From positions 94,304,001 through 94,368,000 of the forward strand of contig OZ076409.1 in NCBI GenBank assembly GCA_964187785.1: a stretch of DNA of 64,000 bases. Direction: 5' to 3'. Both the position numbers and the translations under genes were made by a program. Positions 36,201-49,980 of the stretch are shown piece by piece. The first letter of the stretch is position 1. The number at the start of each line of letters is the position of its first letter. This stretch comes from Amphiscolops sp. MND2022. Its lineage: Eukaryota. Below the pieces are notes generated by a model. The model ran no database searches. It was given only the letters and a program-made list of their open reading frames with translations, and was not told the origin of the DNA.

Positions 36201-37722
36201 CTCGCTAGGTCTTTGCTCCTGTTCGACCTCGCTTAGCAAGATGGAACATAAGCGGCCCCAAGGGGCCGCGGGGCACTAGAAGGAATGGGACATATCCGAG
36301 GCACGTTTTCTATTTTATATCACTTTTTAGTTTTAGATCTTAAACGTTTTATTTGTTTTCCAATTTCATGTGTTTTTCACGTTTCTGAAAAAAAATTAGG
36401 CGAAGTGACCAAAGTAAAAGACGTTTCGCCTAAAAAAATTAGGCGAAGTGACCAAACACGTTAGGCGAAATGACTTTAGGCGAAATGGCATTAGGCGAAA
36501 TGGTGAGGGCGAGCGTGCATACACAGCATATGCCCCACATTATGATAGTCAATCGACTTGAGGCAAACAAAGAACCTTTTCGAGCCGAAGGCTTCAATCA
36601 ATTTCGACCGCATTCCATTCGATCCCTGCAATTCGATCAAAAGGTTCGACCTCTGTCCTTTCGACCAGAAAAATTCGACCTATTTACAGCCACCCTTGTT
36701 CGGGATACTTGACATTCAACTCCTTTTTATCGGGGCACGGTAATAAGTCCGAACGCATAAGTTCAATTTTAATTTTAAGAATTTTACTTTCGAATGGACT
36801 AAGTTCGAATTTTCCAAAACCGGAACAAGTTCGAATCACTGTGTTCGAATTTTGAACTAACCGCAGTAAGTATAAAACGTGCCTCTGATGTTTCCTCATT
36901 TCATATAGTGCCCCGCGGCCCCTTGGGGCCGCTTATGTTCCCATCTTGTCAAGCGATGTCGAACAGGAGAACAGCTTCGCGATCTCCCTTCCCGCTAGGT
37001 CTTTGCGACAGTGAGGGCGAGCGTGCATACGCCGGATATGCCCCACATTTCAGTTTTTAGATTCATTTAGATCCTAGGCGGTGGAGCTCTCAGGATCTTG
37101 TGTGAAGGATGTTCAGTTTACCCCGGATATGCCCGATATGAAAATTCGAAATTGGTGTCTCGAAACTATTCCATTCGAACTTATTGCACCAGTTCAAATT
37201 CGGACTTAGTAAATCGAACTTATTGCCCGAAGCCCTGTTTATCCATTGGATTTGGTGATGACTATTCAAAATTTTTCCTCACTATCACATATCATGGATC
37301 TTCATCAAACAAGTGCTATGTGTATCATCATGTTGGGGGGAGAAAACACACATCCTTGGTCTGCTAATCGAGAATAATAACTCTAACTATGTGAGTTCTG
37401 ATGGCTACGAATGACTAACGGCGCTCTGAGTTCAAAAATCTGTAAGCTCACCTTTAACTTAATAGCTCTTACGGGGTAACAATGGTTCAGAGTAAGGCAC
37501 TCTGAAAGAGCGCGGTATTTGAGATCGAGTTTTTGTGTGATCGAAAAGCGAGATGGAAAATGAGGGATAAACTTTAGAGATCGAATTGTCCCGTTTTTGC
37601 TAGGTTTTTCCTCCTGCAAAGCGTTTGAAAGCGTTCAAAATCATTTAGGTACTTTTCCTCACCTAATTCCTCACTCTAAACCAACTATTTATCTTTATAT
37701 GAATAAATAGTTTCATATAAAT

Positions 37723-38550
37723 ATGGCGAAGGATAATGATGATGTCAACTCTGGTGACAAGACGAGGACAAACTCTACATCCTCCAGCAATGCCGGATGT
37801 CCACAAATTGATGACCTTCTAGAGGCAACACCACAAGAATTTGCAAAGATGACGGGAAAGCTTACTAAGGACTGGCTTCTGTGGCTCCTCAAGGACAGCA
37901 TCTCGCATCTTCGACAAGCTAAGTCCTCGATTTCCTTATTTCAATCAATTAACTCTAAAGTTGATGAAGTCAAAGATGTTTTAAAACAAAATCGTACCTC
38001 AACTTTCTCTCCAGGTGTATCAAATGACGATCCAAAAAGTTTTCGATCAGTGCTTAAAAAATCCATGGACGAACGTGACTACGATGCCACTGCTTCTCAA
38101 TGTGTTGTTTTCTACAATGTAAACGAAAGCAATGACGATGTTAAAGTTGTCACTGATTGAATGAATAAAATGAAAGTCCCATCAAGCTATGTTAAACGTT
38201 CGACCAGACTTGGTAAGAAAAGCACTCTTCCGGAATCTCATCCTCGCCCCCGCCCTTTGGAAGTCTTGTTTGATTGTGAACATGATAAACGACTGCTTAT
38301 GGCCAATGCTCACCTTTTGAAAGGAACAACGTATTTCGTTAAACCGAAACTTAAATGGGCTGACAGACAAAAAGAAAAATCTCTTTTGAAACTTCGCTAT
38401 GACCTTATTCAGGAAGGATTTGAGAAAAAATACTTCAGAATCCGAGATCTCAAACTCTTTTACAATGGTTCAGAAATAGACGACGCTTGCTCCTTTGATA
38501 TTATTCGGTCGCAACTCCAATCAGTCAATGTAACAGATAGTTCTAATTGA
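37723..38550 (+). pseudogene. LINE ORF1 with one in-frame stop (38158-38160)
   Basis: Two consecutive in-frame ORFs; RLGK..RPRPL.V.F motif typical of CR1/L2-group ORF1. Confidence 0.8.
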
Positions 38551-41381
38551 CTGCATGCAAACGCAAACTTCCTATTTATCAATATCCAAGGCCTCGACAC
38601 TATATCCAAACAGTGCAAACTTTTAGACTATGTCAACTCTGAAATGATAGACGTTTTATTCATAACTGAAACTTGGTGGAAGGATCATGTACAATGTACG
38701 CTCTTTGGTTGCTTTCAACCTGTTGCAAAGAAAAATAGATCTAATGGTCCTCGTGGTGGTGTGGTTATTCTTTCTCGTGTTACCTGCAGATTTCCCGCTG
38801 AAGAAATTGAACTGGATGGTTTCGACTTTGCTGTTGTTATAGCTCTTCGACTGAATGAAAGTTCAATTGCTCTAATTATACTTGTGTATCTGCCATTCCC
38901 TAGCCCTTACGAAGTATTTGTGGAAAGTATGGCATCCTTACTGGAAACAGCAACTTTTTTGTTTGAACAAAAGTATCCCTCAAGAATCTACTCTCATTCA
39001 TTATGTGTTCTCGGCAATTTTAACTTCCCAAACACTGATTGGAATCTCATGAATAGTAATTCCAGTAGAGAAAATGATTATCTACAGCTATTTTCTGACT
39101 GGGGCCTGCGACCGCTAATTCTCAACGAAAGTACGCATCGTGATGGCAACACGCTCGACAATATTCTCTGTGGTGTCAATTCCTATCCCCTATCTCTAGA
39201 GATTAGGAAACAAAATCTTTTGAGTGATCACTATCCCATAATTTTCAAAATTGATGAAAATCTTTCCTGTCCTGAATCGATTCTTTGTGAATTTTCAATA
39301 TCTAAACATCATGAAATACTAAATTTTGAGAGGAACTGGATGCATTTTGTTTTCGACTCCTACCCTTCTCCCACCAATGTAAACGAATTTTACAATTTTC
39401 TTTGGACAAATATAGATTGTTCTTTCTCAAAAAAGCGCGCAAAACGCATTGCGAATCCTTTCTATTACACATCCCATACAATGCACTGCCTAAATAAACT
39501 GAACACTGCTAAAAGAAAACGTGTCAAAAATCCGACTATATCTAACTTGAAAAAGGTAGATATCCTACAGAGTGATTTCGACAACTCTGCCGAACTGGAT
39601 CGGCTATTATTTATCGATGGAGCTCGAACCAGTTCTCTAACTGATTGCTTTCGCTTGCTGAACAGTTTGAAATCAACATCTTATCCAACAGTCATGAAAG
39701 AAAATTCGGTTTCCTTCACTGGTGGTTATCAAATAGCAAATGCCTTCAATACGCATCTCGCTAAAAATTATAATCATCAAGTATTCCAACCTGTTGCAGT
39801 TTTGAGTGATGATTCTGTAAAGTTAGCTGATATACTAAATTCCTTAAACCCTTTCTCAATACGAAAGCTGATATTAGAAATGAAAGACTCGTCCATGACA
39901 ACTGCCGATTGCTTCCCTCCTAAACTAATGAAATTCTGTCCATAGATTTTCGCTGAAATATTCTATCCTTTATTTGCTTCTATCCTACTCACTTGTGTAT
40001 ACCCTGAGATTTGGAAAGTTGCATATGTGCGTCCCCTCCACAAAGAAGGGCCCAAAAATGTAATCAGTAACTACCGTCCTATAAGTCTATTACCAAAAAT
40101 TTCCCTAATTTTTGAACGTATAATTTTTTGTTTTTTGTACACTATTCTACACGGAAAACTTCATCCTCAGCAGTTTGGGTTTCAGTCAAGAAAGAGCTCA
40201 GTTCTTCAGCTGATAGATTTTATTGAAAATATTCATAGGCACAAACTTTCCTGTACGTTCGCTTTCTACCTGGATTTTGAAAAAGCCTTTGACAAAGTGC
40301 CCCATTCAATTTTACTGTCGAAGCTTACTGGATTTGGGTTGGACAGTGATTTTATTAGTCTACTTCAAAGCTATAAGTGGCCGCATTCAACATGTGAAAA
40401 TTGAAAATTTCATATCCGATGCTGTTTATGTTGTCAGTGGTGTGCCCCAGGGTTCAGTTCTTGGCCCCCTGCTGTTTCTGCTATTCATTAATGACCTGCC
40501 TTCTATATTTCTGGATTCTATTCCGTGGCTGTTCGCGGATGATCTTAAAGTTCTATTCATGTCACTTAATTTTCAAAACGACATATCAAGACTTTGGAAT
40601 TGGAATATAGCTAATGGAATGGTCGCTAATTTGGGTAAAACGAAATATTTGGCCATTAAAGGCCATCCAATTGTTTATTTTGGATCTACACAATTGAAAA
40701 ATGTGATATTACAGAAAGACTTGGGTTTGTACATCGCGAATGATCTTAAATGGGTTAGCCACGTTGGAATTAAACTCGCTACAGCAAGGAGAGCATTTTA
40801 TCTTCTGAAAAGTAGAATTCCCTTCAATACTCCCGCGCGGACAAAATTGAATCTGTATCGGTCAATGGTTCTTGCTATCCTTACCTATGGTATTCCTGCG
40901 TGGTTTCCTGATATAACAAGAATGAAAGAAATGGAACGTTTCCAGAAATCTTGTTTCCGCTGGTTATTTGGCCGTCAACAGCCATGAAGTGCAACTTAAA
41001 AATAACAATCTTCTCCCAATCTGTCATCAAATAGAGCTCATGACCTTCGTTATGCTTGCTAATCTAATTAATGGGCACTATAAATACGACTGTTCAGCGT
41101 ATATCAGTTTCAGGAAAAACTATCCAGAAATGAGAACCCAAGTAGCCAGTGTTCTAAATTGTGGCTACGCAACCTTAAGTCATCAGAAATCTTTCTACAT
41201 AAGATCTGCTGAAATGGCTAATTATCTGTTCCGCCACAATATAGTAGATGGGTTTAACACTGAAAATATCAAAATCTTTAAAAAGTTTCTTTTGGCGAAA
41301 AATTTTCAAATGGATAATGTATGTTCCTATTCAATTTGTTGTTCTTGTAATGTTTGCAAATACAGCAGAAGTGTTTGTTAA
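38551..41381 (+). pseudogene. LINE ORF2: AP endonuclease + reverse transcriptase
   Basis: FINIQGL, ITETW, GNFN (usually GDFN), LDNI, SDH; NYRPISLL, LDFEKAFD, GVPQGSVLGP, FADD. Stop at 39943-45, frameshifts near 40375 and 40985. Confidence 0.92.
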
Positions 41382-43281
41382 AAATGTTTGGTAGTCTCGT
41401 AAGAGAATAAAGTCTTTTCTCTCTCTCTCTCTAATATGGGGTCATATACAGTGTATGCACGCTCATCCTCACCGTCGCAAAGACCAGCTCCAACTACGAT
41501 CGCTTCGCGATCTCCGTTCCCGCTAGGTTTTTGCTCCTGTTCGACCTCGCTTAGCAAGATGGGAACATAAGCGGTCCCAAGGGGCCGCGGGTCACTAGAG
41601 GAAATGGGGGCATATCCGAGGGCCAAAAACATTGTTTTTTGAAAACGGCTAGGTATTTGAAAACATTGAATCGATCTCATTTTCTTCGACCATTTTACTT
41701 CGACTTCAGTGACAGATTGCATATTCGCGCAAATTGATTCAAACATTCAACGCCCACTAAAAGCTCACTTTCAATGGTCTTTGCAAGTCGCGAGTTTTCC
41801 TCTTCTTTTTTCAGGATCTTCAAGTTCGGGTAGTAATATAGGGTAGAAGTAAGTTTGTAGAAAGCAAGTTTGTAGAAGTTAGTTTGTCAACGAGAACTCC
41901 ACTGCGCTGCTCTGGCTTGCTCAAAACAGTCGTGATTTGGATGATTGGGCATTCCAATGTTTTCAACTCTTCGGTGACCCTGTACGTTGACATTATACTT
42001 TGTCGGATAAGTTAAGGGCACTGAAATACATTAAATTGAACAATATTACACTCGTTGTTAAAAAGATTGAGAGGCGACACTTTTTCGTTTATCTCGATCG
42101 CAGACCTTGGTGTTTGTCAACTCCCCCTCTTGAATTCCTACATGATTTCTGATTAGTTGCGACGATCTCTCTTCTGGGAGCGGATAAAGCGGTACTCCCA
42201 GAGACAAACCATTAACTGTTGCAGAATCTATGCAGCCTTGTTTTTTATTGGTCTTGTGATGTTCAAGAGTTTATAAGCTGAAAGATTTTTCAAAAAACAG
42301 TTTTTTGCGCTTTTTGAGCATTAAGTCAGCCACTGACCTTTGACGCTTTTGGGTTTTATCAACCTTCAAGATGATTCTGTTTCATTTCCCAAACTTCTAT
42401 AATTTGCCAGAAGTTGATAAAAAAACATGACTAACTCAATCCGATCATCTAAAAGTACAAATCAATTGAGGTCTTGTAAATTGATCTTGTTTAGGTCGAG
42501 TAGTTTGATGGATATCGCCGAAGCGATCACGGCTGATTTGTCAACCATTGATGATACACATGGCACTTGATTGATGACGAAGATCCATGATATCTGATAG
42601 TGAAAAAACCATTGAAGTCATTCCAGTTATACAGCTAACTCTGGCATCGAACATTACCAAGTGCAATTAGAAGCCACGATGACATCAAAATTGTGCAATC
42701 ATTTCTCTGGTGATAGCCAGCAGCAAGTGGCGACTGAAACTAGGAATTTAAAGGACCCGCAATAGAACTTAAAGAACCCGCAATGTTGTAAATATCGTAG
42801 ATCTCCATCATATCACTTCAATAATCGCAGAATTTGAATATAAAGTTGTAGATTTTCATAAACTTTTGTACATATATTTTTTCGTAGATTATAGGTTTGA
42901 TACATAATTGAAATTTTCACTTTCCGATTTTTTTTCTACAAATCCTGATTTTTTTCTAGTTCATCAGCAGAAGTTTCTTTCAGGAGACTCAAACGGAAAG
43001 GTTCAATTTATAATCAGGAGCAGGTTTCTGAAGATCACCAACGATAGTGAGACATGTTGAAATTAAAATGTGTAGTGGTTTATTGATTGAAATAATTAAA
43101 TATTGGAAAGGTCGGTAATGCTAACTTGAGGTTAACCCTGGGTGCTCAATCAAGAACCTTGTTTTTTCATTTTTGAATCGCAATGCCCTGAGCAAATTAT
43201 TTTAGTCATTTCCGCCCCAAGATATGAACTTCATCGTTGCTTTGTGTCAGTTTACCTTACAATTCCTTTGTTTAAAACCAT

Positions 43282-43678
43282 GGCTCTTTTCTGTCCCCCC
43301 CCCCCCACCACCAATTTTTTTTGGAAAATTAGTGAAAATCGTATAACAAAAAGACTTGAATACAAACCAGAAAGCTTCAAATTTATATTCATTCTTAATG
43401 TCACAGTTTAGGATTCAGATACAAATTTTATTCACACTTTTTCAATATGTAGTCACAATATGTAGTAGCTTCCTGTTTTGAGTCATCAATAAACACTTAA
43501 TACGAACACAATTATAGTCAAAAAGCGTGAACAATGTTTTGTTTAAGCAAAACACTATTCCAATGGACGTTAACTTCCTATTATGAAAGAAGGTTTTACT
43601 TTTAATTAGGCTAGTCTAAAGTTTTTAAGGAAATTTGCTTCCAAAAATTTTGGTGGTGGGGGGGGGCAGAAAAGAGCC
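43282..43678. mobile_element. MITE with GG-starting TIRs and 8-bp TSD (Merlin-like)
   Basis: GGCTCTTTTCTG-Cn-ACCACCAA ... TTGGTGGT-Gn-CAGAAAAGAGCC; AAAACCAT on both sides. Confidence 0.8.
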
Positions 43679-46600
43679 AAAACCATTCAACGCTATATAA
43701 GCTTCAGATTTTTGCACATGCTTCTAGGATCAGCGAATGAAAAAATAATAACCGCCCTTGAACATCCGCCTTCATCAGCAGTCAAAAATGACAAAAGTCT
43801 CGGCTTTTTTTTTGGAATGAATGTGGTTTATCTCAGGTAAAAAATTGTATATTTCATCAAATGTTCCTACACTATTCCCATTTCTGTGAAATCTATAGTC
43901 TATTTTTTTACTGTACTGAATCTATCATGGTTTTTGTAACAAAGGTGAATACAGTGTCTTTTTTAAAAATTTCTAGCTAGTACTTCATTGAATACACAAA
44001 AAGGAAACGGATATTCGTAATAAATTAATCTTGGTATGCCGGAATCGGAAAATTTTTGCTCGTAAAATCTGTAATTCTGAATTAATAATTCGTAAAATGA
44101 GTCTCTTGGAAAATTTCATTTTTTAGAGTAGAATGATCTGCTACATAACTCTAAGTATGCATTAAATTGTTTGAAGTCAAGTGTTAAGAATGCAGCAGCG
44201 AAGCAAGATGTCTCAAAAAGGACACAAAAAACAACCGAGGTGAGAGTTTAATTTCGCTTACGTTGTTCACATTGTAGCCCAAATTGTTCCAATAAAAATA
44301 GCTGCCATCTGAAATGGAATCGATTTTGACGTATTTTACAGAACAATTCTTGTAATATTCTAAGATTCCAAATAGCAAAATGTTTCGAAAACTTGAAACA
44401 CTAAAATTTTTTATATTGGGCATGTTTTCAATAAAGTTTTCTTACAGAAAAAAAATCAGATTCATCTATTGTTTCAATATTGTTGATGAATAAACGTGTA
44501 GAAATGTTGCTGTCGCAAATTAGGAACAAGCGGCTACAGTGGCACTGCTTGGTTTTTCGTATGTTGGTACAAGAATCATTCTGGGAAAGATCAAGCACGT
44601 CGTTGACGTCACAATTTCACGGTGAAAAGCTGAAAATTAAAATGAAGTCTAGTTGGTGGCTTTATGGTCCCCATATTGAGTTCTCAGGGCTAAAACATCT
44701 AGTGGTTGCTCAAAAAGCATTTTTTTTCAAGTACTTGTTACGGAATCAACGTTTTCCCCGCATTTTTTGTGGAAAAAGACTTCCGTTGATTTCAAAGTAA
44801 GGAAATACGTTGATAACCTTCTTTTCTGTTGAAACCAAAGAATCTGGTAAAAGTGTTGTCATTGATGCGTTACTCAAGTCCGATTATCTTCAAACAGTGC
44901 AGATGAGAACCAACGGAACAGTTCAAGGTAATAAACCAGCCCCAATGTTCGTCAATAATCCCAAACGCTTGAACTGAAAACGAAGCAAAAAAACTGTTGA
45001 AACAGTCCGTGAAGCGATCAATTTAAATGAAACGGAGAAATACTTCCGGAATCACGGTGTGACAACTTGTGCTATACGTACATGAGGCACAAAGAGATAC
45101 AATACACATTCGCAAATCACATGAAAGATGTCTGCAACGATATCGAACTCCAAGCCTCAGCCGTTAGAAGGCGAGTCCTTCGTTACCAAAACCACGACAA
45201 CTGAAGTTGCAGCCAGATTAGACATCAAAGCTAACAGTTAATGGGTCACGCGTTCCAACACTTTTTTCGACGTGATAGTTTTCAATCCCCACACGAAACC
45301 ATGTGCGAGAGAAATAACTGCATACAACCATGGCGAACCACAGGAAAGATTGAAATGCATCATTGAAGTAGAGAAAAGCTCGTTTAATCATCTTTTTGTT
45401 ACCACCCGGGAGGAAGACCAACAGCTGAAGTTATGACATCATTAGCGATAATGAAAAATTCATACAATTTTTGCTGTTCATTGCTGCGATATTCGGACAA
45501 AACTAAAGATCCGCTGTCATATGCTCTCAATGGACTCCTACTAATCCAACGAAGCCCAGCAAATGTCCTCAGAAAAGTCTTCAACTGTCTGATTTCAGTT
45601 CGTTTTTAGTCGGCGCTTTTTCGGTAAACAAAAAATGCCCGACTCCTTTAGTGACTTTTTCTCCAGAACACACACCTCACACAGTCCACTTTTTACAGAA
45701 TTTCTCTAGGCATTCCTATCTTACTAACAAGCAATCTCTCTGGCTGCCATTGTGTACAAAGCTTTTGTCATTACTAGGCAACTCAGAAGTATTTGGTTTT
45801 ACTGTTTGTATTTGTCTTTAGCATTGAGACTTTCAATTTTTTTAAATGTCACCAAAGGGCCCCTTAAGAGCACAGAGGGCTCCTCAGATTTTTCGCCACT
45901 ATGCGACTTATCGAAGTCGTTTTTTGAAAAAAAATGAAGCCAAGAAAAAGATGGAAAGTTTTCCTCACACAGTTTTCGGTTTTTTTGAGGTTTTCTGTTA
46001 AGCAAATTCGTTTTCTCAGTCGTAGGGCTTTAAGGGTGACATCTTCGTTTATTTTGTGGGACTAACGAGATTTTTCTCAAAATATATTGGAAATGTTTTT
46101 TGGCACCATGTGATTTTTCCCAAAAAAATCGATCCGCTCAAAAAGTACCAAGACACTCTTGACTTGGGAAAAGCGTTCTGCGAGCCTAAAGCTCCTTTTT
46201 CAGCAAAATGAGGCTCTTCTGCCGAAAAAGTTCAAGAAATTTTTCGGAACAACAATTTTCACAGTAGTGTCCCTTCGCATATTTGTGCAAAAAGTGTCTC
46301 CTCGTCTTTTTGGGTTTCTCGTCACTATCAGATTCCGTTGGAAAGAGAAAAATCAGACAATAATTATTCTCAAAAGTATTGTAAATTGTATTAGTATGAG
46401 CTTGTTTCAAGTTGTTAAATTTCAAAATTTTAATACATTTTCCAAAAAAGCCTAATTCAACAGCTGATTTTTTTCTGAGGTTTAGAATGATTTTCAAATC
46501 AAAACTATCAAGGGCTTCGGTAAAATCAGGGGGTCGATTGCACATAGAATTTCTCAAAAATTTTGAGCAAAAGTAGACCAAAACTGAGAAAAACTTTTTA

Positions 46601-46906
46601 ACAAACATTGGTAAATTAGATGAAAATCTAAGAACCTTTCACTTTTACCATTTTTCAAAAATTGCGGTCGTCTTCGATTTTGAGATTTGCTTCATATTGC
46701 TATTAATGATATCACTACTGTAGTTTATAGCTATGTGGTTTTTGGCCAAGATAAATGAGTTTAGGCTACGTAAATGGAGAAAATCACTTTGAATTATCAC
46801 TTATTGAATATTATCGCGCGTCAATTGTGGCGTGAACTCATTTCACTCATTGTGAGAAGTTGTGTATATCATAAAACGTCCAAGCATAACAATTATATTG
46901 TGGTTC

Positions 46907-47319
46907 GGCTCTTTTCTGCCCCCAACCCCCCACCACCAAAATTTTTGAAAGTTTTTCCTTAAAAATTTCAGACTAGCCTAAATAAAAATAAAACCTTCTT
47001 TCACAACAGGAAGGGAACGTCTATTAGAATAATTTTTGGTGTGAACAAAACATTGTTCACACATTTTGACTGTAATTATGTTCGAATTAACTGCTTTTTG
47101 TGACTCAAAACAGGAAGCTGTTAATTTTCGATTCAAAAATGAGTGACTTCATAAGGGAAAATAGTGTGAACAAATTTCATATCTCAATTCCGAATTGTCA
47201 CACTGGAAATGAAATAAAAATGAAGGTTTCTGGTTCGTATTCAAGTCTTTTTGAAAAAAGATTTTCACTAATTTTCCAAAAAAATTTTGGTGGTGGGGGG
47301 GGGGGAACAGAAGAGAGCC
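46907..47319. mobile_element. Same MITE family, opposite orientation
   Basis: Same TIRs; interior is the reverse complement of 43282-43678; TSD not clear. Confidence 0.75.
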
Positions 47320-47814
47320 GGCTCGGTTCAATTACAAACTTTGACAGAGGCTGTTTACTCCGAACTAAGAAGGACAACGACTGCTTATCCGATTGTGGTG
47401 GAGGAGGAGAAATGGGGTCGTACACACAGATGAAACAAGCCGTGGCCTTGACTCTAACTGTGGCCGTCATCGGTGTCTATTGCGGGTCTCAAATCAGGGT
47501 TGCGAGTTCTCTTCATAGGGCTTCCCCATCCAGGGTTTCATAGTCAAAAAGTTTCAATCACTAACTGTTCACCCATTTAGCCATTAGAAATCGACTACTT
47601 TTAGAAACGTCTGTTAACAGTTACATGAACATAATCAGTCAGAATGTGTGAAAAATGTTTTGTTCAAACGGAAAACTATTGCGATAGAAGTTAACTTCCT
47701 GTTATGGAAAAAATGTCGCTTCGAATTCAACCAGTTTGAAAATTTTTGTAAATTTCCCTGAAAAAGTTTTGAGAGGGAGGGGGAGGCATGGACAGAAAAG
47801 AGGCGGGATTTCCC

Positions 47815-48253
47815 CAGCGTTGGCTGATTTAAATTTGATTTAAATAAAAGAATAATCAAAAACATCGATTGATATTTTTACACGGAATGAAATGCGCTTA
47901 CTGTTATTAGAGTAACACCATTATTCAGTATATTGCTCAAAATTTGTGCATTGAAGCCTCAGAAACAATCTGGGAATTGAGGAATGTGGAAAACTTGTGT
48001 TTTGTTTCCGCGTGCTAATTTGAATGTCAAAAGCTAATCGAAAAAGATCATTTATCCCGGAATGGAGGATGGATTTTTGGGATCCGTCCAAAAATCTGGT
48101 GCTTAAACTTAAAACCGCAATATTTCCGAAGGTTTTCAAGTCCGACAAATAATACGTACCACGATGCTAATTAGTGTTAAATCTAAGGAAATTTTTGATA
48201 GAAAAATCTAATTTAAACAGTCAATCAAAAAATTCGACTTTTGGCCAACCCTG
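47815..48253. mobile_element. Degenerate hAT-type MITE
   Basis: CAGCGTTGGC ... GCCAACCCTG termini like 52740-53138; TSD degraded. Confidence 0.45.
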
Positions 48254-48532
48254 GCTTCCCTTATCCATGGTTACCTAGTAAAAAAAGTTCAGCTATCTAG
48301 CCAATAGAAATTGATAAACCTTTAGAAACTTCTGTTAACAGTTACATCGAACATAATCACATTTCAGAATGTGTGAAGTTTTTTCAAACGAAAAACTATT
48401 CCAATAGAAGTTAACTTCCTGTTATGGGAAAAGATTTCACTTTTAACTAAGACAGTTTCAGCAACTTTCGAAAAAATTCAGTTTGGGGATTGGGGAACAG
48501 ATTTCTGACAATTGAGGTATTCCGATTACATA

Positions 48533-49295
48533 CAGTCCTGTGATAAAAGAATGGAACCCCTAATTAATAATAATGTTTGGAACACCTAATTTTTCTGCCC
48601 ATATATCGGAAACTATCGAGATTCAAACGAATTGCCTTAGACAAAAGTTTCTTGAAATTTAATCTAGTTTACATTCGTGTTTGTTGAGAACAAATTTTGG
48701 GGAAATTAGTTTTCAATACCTCTCTGTAATATTTGGTTTGCAAACGAAGTTTTAAATTTTCGTTGTATTTACAATTTTGATTAGTTTTTATTTATCAATC
48801 AGTTCATCGCTGTCCACTGATTGCACTGTCAAATTTTGAGGCACTTAGTTTTTACATGTCCAAAGAAAATCGATAATCTCCACTGGAATTAATTCAGGTA
48901 CATGTTTTAAGATTGGGTATAGATTTAAGACCTTTAGATTTGTGATATTCTTTTTACATGTACACTCTAGGGTACTGAAAACTTTCGAGTGTAATTAATG
49001 AATGATGGGCACCTTGAACAATATTAAAACGTAAATAATGACCAGCTTCCGCTCCTAATTTAGACTCTGAAACTGAATTTCCAAAATTCTCTATCTAAAA
49101 ATGTTATTTACAAACTTGTCTCGTGTTGGTTTTAAGGCTTCCAAAATTAGATGAATGTAAACTAGAAAAATTCCAAGAAACTTTTGCTTCCATCATATTT
49201 TGGAAAATTTGACAGTTTTTGAGAAACTCGCAAACTCATTAGGCGTTCCAAATTTAATTACCAAACAGGGGTTCCATTCTTTTATCACAGGACTG
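48533..49295. mobile_element. Tc1/mariner-type MITE
   Basis: Perfect 28-bp TIR CAGTCCTGTGATAAAAGAATGGAACCCC flanked by TA. Confidence 0.9.
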
Positions 49296-49463
49296 TACAA
49301 CTTTCACATTATTCCAGGTACTTTTCCAGTTTTCCCCAATCCTTGATTTTTACAAAAAAAGATGATGAACAAAGTACCCCAAGAGATACACGAAAAAAAT
49401 CACCGGTCTTTAATTGGTTCCCAACCCTGTTCCTACTTCTTTTTTCATAACAACTCAGTTTTT

Positions 49464-49980
49464 AGTCGGCGCGTTTTGACAAAATGAGCCCGACTGTTAC
49501 AGTGGAAAGTTTTTTCTTTTTTCGTCAGACAACAGAATGTATGCGTAGTGGAGACTTTTTCTACAGAACTACTAAACTTCTGGACCGGCACGCGGAAACG
49601 CATCTAAGTTAGTACAAACGGTCCCTTCTTTCGTGTACTCAATTTCTAACGAAAGATACAAAACCGGACGTGGCTAATTTTTTTTCGGCACTGTGCAACT
49701 TTTTTTTCGAATTTTTTTGTCGCCAAAGGGTCACCCCTTCAAGTTTTTTGATATTTTGCAGCAAACTGAAGTTTCAAAAAACCCAAAGGGTCTCACCTTT
49801 CTAGTTTTTCGGGACCATGAGACTGTTTCAAAATTCTCGTTTTATCAAATTTCAAAATGTCTTCAAAGGGTCTCCTTCATTTTTTTTTTTGATTTTAGGT
49901 CCCCCCTTTTACAATTTTAAAAAACTTTGCGCTTTTTGAGCCTTAGATATAGCGCCGGCTTTAGACGTTCCCGTCTTGTT
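49464..49980 (+). mobile_element. DINE-1/HINE-like element
   Basis: TTTT-AGTCGGCGC...CCCGACT start; GCGCCGGCT-TTAGACGTTCCCGTCTTGTT end. Confidence 0.7.

Larger units (their letters stand above)
33062..39341 (+). repeat. Recent tandem duplication, 3141-bp offset (33062-36200 / 36203-39341)
   Basis: ORF sets offset by 3141 bp; I saw only three substitutions. Confidence 0.93.
37667..41431 (+). mobile_element. Apparently full-length CR1/L2-group LINE, inactivated
   Basis: ORF1 + APE/RT ORF2, AATAAA at 41406, (CT)n tail. Empty site CACCTAA|TATGGGG at ~22200; possible TSD CTAAT. Confidence 0.92.
27185..46470 (+). repeat. Segmental duplication unit 2, expanded by a MITE, a LINE and a 3141-bp internal duplication
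   Basis: Homology to unit 1 ends at CCTAATTCAACAGCTG + T-run (~46468). Confidence 0.92.
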
